From Octopus sinensis (lineage: Eukaryota), in assembly GCF_006345805.1 (NCBI RefSeq), contig NC_043016.1, forward strand, positions 15,624,001 through 15,688,000: a DNA stretch of 64,000 bases. The letters are read 5' to 3'. Of the stretch, positions 60,809 to 64,000 are shown piece after piece. Under the pieces are notes generated by a model, which was not told the origin of the DNA, searched no databases, and saw nothing but the letters and a program-made list of their open reading frames with translations. A program made the translations under genes and the position numbers. Numbering within the stretch: position 1 is the first letter of the stretch; every line of letters begins with the position of its first letter.

Positions 60809-63210
60809 CTGAAATAACACAAAAAGTTAGCATCCTATTTTAAGAAAAATTTTAAAGATTAGATTATAAGTAGACTCACCAATAATAAACATCAGTCAAT
60901 GTAATATTATTTTAGCAACATGTAAAGAAATTTTACTTGTGTATCATTTACAAAATATACAATTTTTTTTAAAAATCCAACTATAAACATGAAATATCTA
61001 TTTTTATCTTCTCGTGTATAGATATTAACAACAGAAGAATATTTCAAACAAATTAAAACTTTAACCAGCTATCACCGAGTTGAACAACGCTATACAGAAA
61101 AATGATAAAAAGGGTAATGAAATGAAGAAAAAAAAAAAAAAACTTTTACTAGTCCTCTTAAAAAACTTTGTAGTGATTTGCAAAATATTTTAGAAAATTT
61201 GGGAAAATTGCAACAATCCAGTAATGTCAACATTCATCTTCATTGTGGCCATCATCAAATCATTAGAACAAATACACTTTAAACAAACTATAAAAGACAC
61301 CACATGTGGAGGTACTTGATTAAATACAAAGTAACGGTGAGTTGCAAATTTCACAAAATTCTTTAATACTTCATTGACAGGTATCAGTGTTGAAATTAAA
61401 TTAACTAAAAGAAAATATAAATATTTTACAAAGGAACCATCTTAACAAAAGTGTTGCTTATGAAAAACAAGTAAATCAAGTTTCATACACTCAAAACTCA
61501 CAGACACACACTATAACCCTTTTGCAATTCCTTTGGTTTCTGTTATAATTTTGAAAGTGATATTCATTTACAACTCAAGTAGTACGAGTCTTATATATAA
61601 ATGGAGAATTAAAACTCAATCTCCTCCACCATCCATTATCAAATATTTCTATTTTTGGACAAAAATATACTCAATTTTAAACTGCATTATGAACCAACTT
61701 CATTTCCCTTTAACCGTTTTCACTGCCATTTCCAACAAGTTTCAATCAAATTCTAAAACAACCATCAATTAATTCAGAATGGTTTGATGTATCAAAATAG
61801 CATTTGGATCGGAATACAATATTGCACAAATTTTATCTGAAAACTACTATAACCTGCCTTACTGCTGCTTCCACTGCAATTTGTGGTAGTGTGGTGGTAA
61901 TAGGAGTGACAAGAATGGTGGCTGTCATCCTCCACATTGTTTTAATGTCTATTTTTCCAGACTTGCATGGGTCAAACAAAAGCATATTTAGTTTTTCTTT
62001 TTTTCTATGGCCAAATGCCCTGCCTGAAGCTAACCCCCATTTGTTTCCAAATGAGGTAATAACAAACAGTCCAGATATGTTTTTTTTTTTTCAAGTGGAG
62101 AACTGGAAACAAAGAGCATAAAAGGAACTTTTTATTTGCATAAATACAACATGTCAAGAGGTCAAGCCCTGTCCAGAAGTCACTACCATTGTTTACAAAC
62201 CAACAAACTAAGGGAAAGCAAACATGTGCCTGTGCAAACTGGGTTCTGGAAGCGCTGTGTATTCCACCCACATGTAATCAATAAAATTCTTCACACACCC
62301 AACCCCAATAAACCAAACTAAATCTCTTTTCATGCCCCATGCTTATCTCTCCCTCCCCCACTGTATCATTGCAATCCTGTTGTCTCCCCCCTCCTCTACA
62401 TACCCAGTTTCACCAGTCACATTCCTCCACCATCTCTCTCTGTATTCATGTGAACTCCCTACTCATGCACCCATGGCAATACTCTACCATCCCTTTTATA
62501 TTTTCATCCACCATCTCACACCCTTTCTCTCTTTTGCACTTTCACACTCATGCATTCTTTATTCTCTTTCTCTCTCTTTGACTGGGAGAAACAATGCATC
62601 TCTACAGCCTGATTCTGTCCCTGTCACACTGACCTCATCATGTGGCACAAGGTCACTTCCTCCAATACTCCCCACTTTCAAACGATCTGTAAAGAGGATA
62701 GCATTAGGAAAGGCATCCAGCCATAGAAACCATGTTAGAAAAACCAGATGCTGAATGACGATGATACACATACAAACACATGAAGGGCATCTTCAGTTTC
62801 CATCTACCAAACCCAATCACAAGCCTGGGTTTATAATAGAAGACACTTGCCAAAAGTATCATGTGGTGGGGATGAGCCAAAATCTACTGGTTAGGAAGCA
62901 AACTTTACACTCTCAGAAATTTGCTGCATTCAAAAACCATTCAAATTTATAGTTGCTAGTACTAAATATGAAGCTTACAAAATTTTGTTTTTATAATAAA
63001 AAAAAAGTGTAGAAGAAAAGACAAAATTCTAAAAAATCAAAATGCACTTTGTTAAAACTAGCAAATCTTTATCTAGTTATCATCAATAATGCCATAGCAA
63101 GATTTCTATCCTTTTAATTTAAATATGATTAGGTAAATCTGTCGTAGCCATGGGAAGGTTTTTTGGCATGTAATTTAAGAAGTGATGATCTGACCAAACC
63201 AAATACTAAC

Positions 63211-63377
63211 CTTCTTTCAATTTTGGGACAGACTTAAGCTTGTCATCTTGTTGAGTAATAAATAGCTTTTTGACACGTTTTAGAAGAGTTTCTTTACTGC
63301 ATGGCAGAAAGGCTGCTAAATAAGCATAAACTGATGTTCTTTGAGAACAGTTCAATACACGAGATCCCATTTCAAGC
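63211..63377 (-). CDS. UBN1: Ubinuclein conserved middle (UBN_AB) domain exon LEMGSR..SVYAYLAAFLPCSKETLLKRVKKL..QDDKLK..KLKE
   Basis: Strong resemblance to UBN1/UBN2 GVYAYLASFLPCSKD.LLKR..KL; acceptor TTCCATAG, donor GTTAGT, 167 bp, phase 2-1. Confidence 0.92.
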
Positions 63378-63948
63378 CTATGGAAGTAACGAAAAGAAAA
63401 ACGAAATCATAGAATACCAACTGGATTACATTAAAAAAGTAAAAAAGCTAACTTAGAATGATGTAAAGAAAGACAATTTTGAAAGTGAAAATGCATTTTT
63501 AAAATGTCACTTCTATTGAAAATATAGAATATTTTCTGAAAACACACATTCTTAAAACTACAAAAGTTTTCAAAATATACTACTGATCATGTTTACATTA
63601 GTTAAAATACACTAAAGATCAAACAATAGCATATACAATTGTTCTAATACTAAATGCCATGGTTTCTATTACAAAACATTAATACCTCTTTTTGTATCAT
63701 TTTTGCAGTACAATTTATAAGTAATCAAACTGTTACATGTATCATAAAATGCTCCACAGTACAAAAACCATCTTTAGCCAATTGAGGTTAATGGATCACT
63801 TAGAGAAATAATAGATATTACCCAAGCATGAGGCACAAGCAATCCATAGACCCAAACTTTGGTAACACAACAGAGCTAATAACAATGCATTTTTTTTCAT
63901 TTTACACATATGTTAGGATAAACATCAGAAACTGATTTGTTCACTTAC

Positions 63949-64000
63949 TCTAATAGCATCTTGTTAATTTCACTTGTGAAAAATTTGGACTTTCTTTCCA
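63949..64000 (-). CDS. UBN1: Ubinuclein exon 3' part ERKSKFFTSEINKMLL(E), continues beyond window
   Basis: Donor GTAAGT at 63,948, phase 2 matching the next exon; resembles UBN KFFTQDIN.ILLDIE. Confidence 0.85.

Overview
Eukaryotic genomic DNA, most likely an octopus/cephalopod. This is inferred from recognisable SINE/RTE repeat families and very heavy (TA)n/(CA)n/(CAT)n microsatellite load, not from a database search. Positions ~1-48,700 are a decayed transposon landscape. It holds a 5'-truncated Ty3/Gypsy-like LTR element, CR1/L2-clade LINEs (one near full length with a CCCH-finger ORF1 remnant), many RTE LINE fragments and RTE 3' ends carrying a ~61-bp minisatellite, Penelope-like (GIY-YIG) fragments, several mariner elements/MITEs, Helitron ends and at least four tRNA-derived SINE types. 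Positions ~55,100-64,000 carry six minus-strand exons of a ubinuclein (UBN1/2, yemanuclein-like; HIRA complex) gene, ending in a ~2.8-kb Ser/Gln-rich exon. Most interesting signals: (1) several distinct minimal type I hammerhead-ribozyme motifs in or near Penelope-like elements, one with a fully canonical core and one with a compensatory U3-A8 core pair; (2) a SINE and a CR1/L2 LINE sharing a ~40-nt 3' tail whose hairpin shows compensatory changes; (3) a higher-order A/B minisatellite inside an RTE 3' UTR; (4) an apparently missing conserved ubinuclein exon. No prokaryotic features or CRISPR arrays were found. All calls were made by eye; element boundaries without TIR/TSD evidence are approximate.
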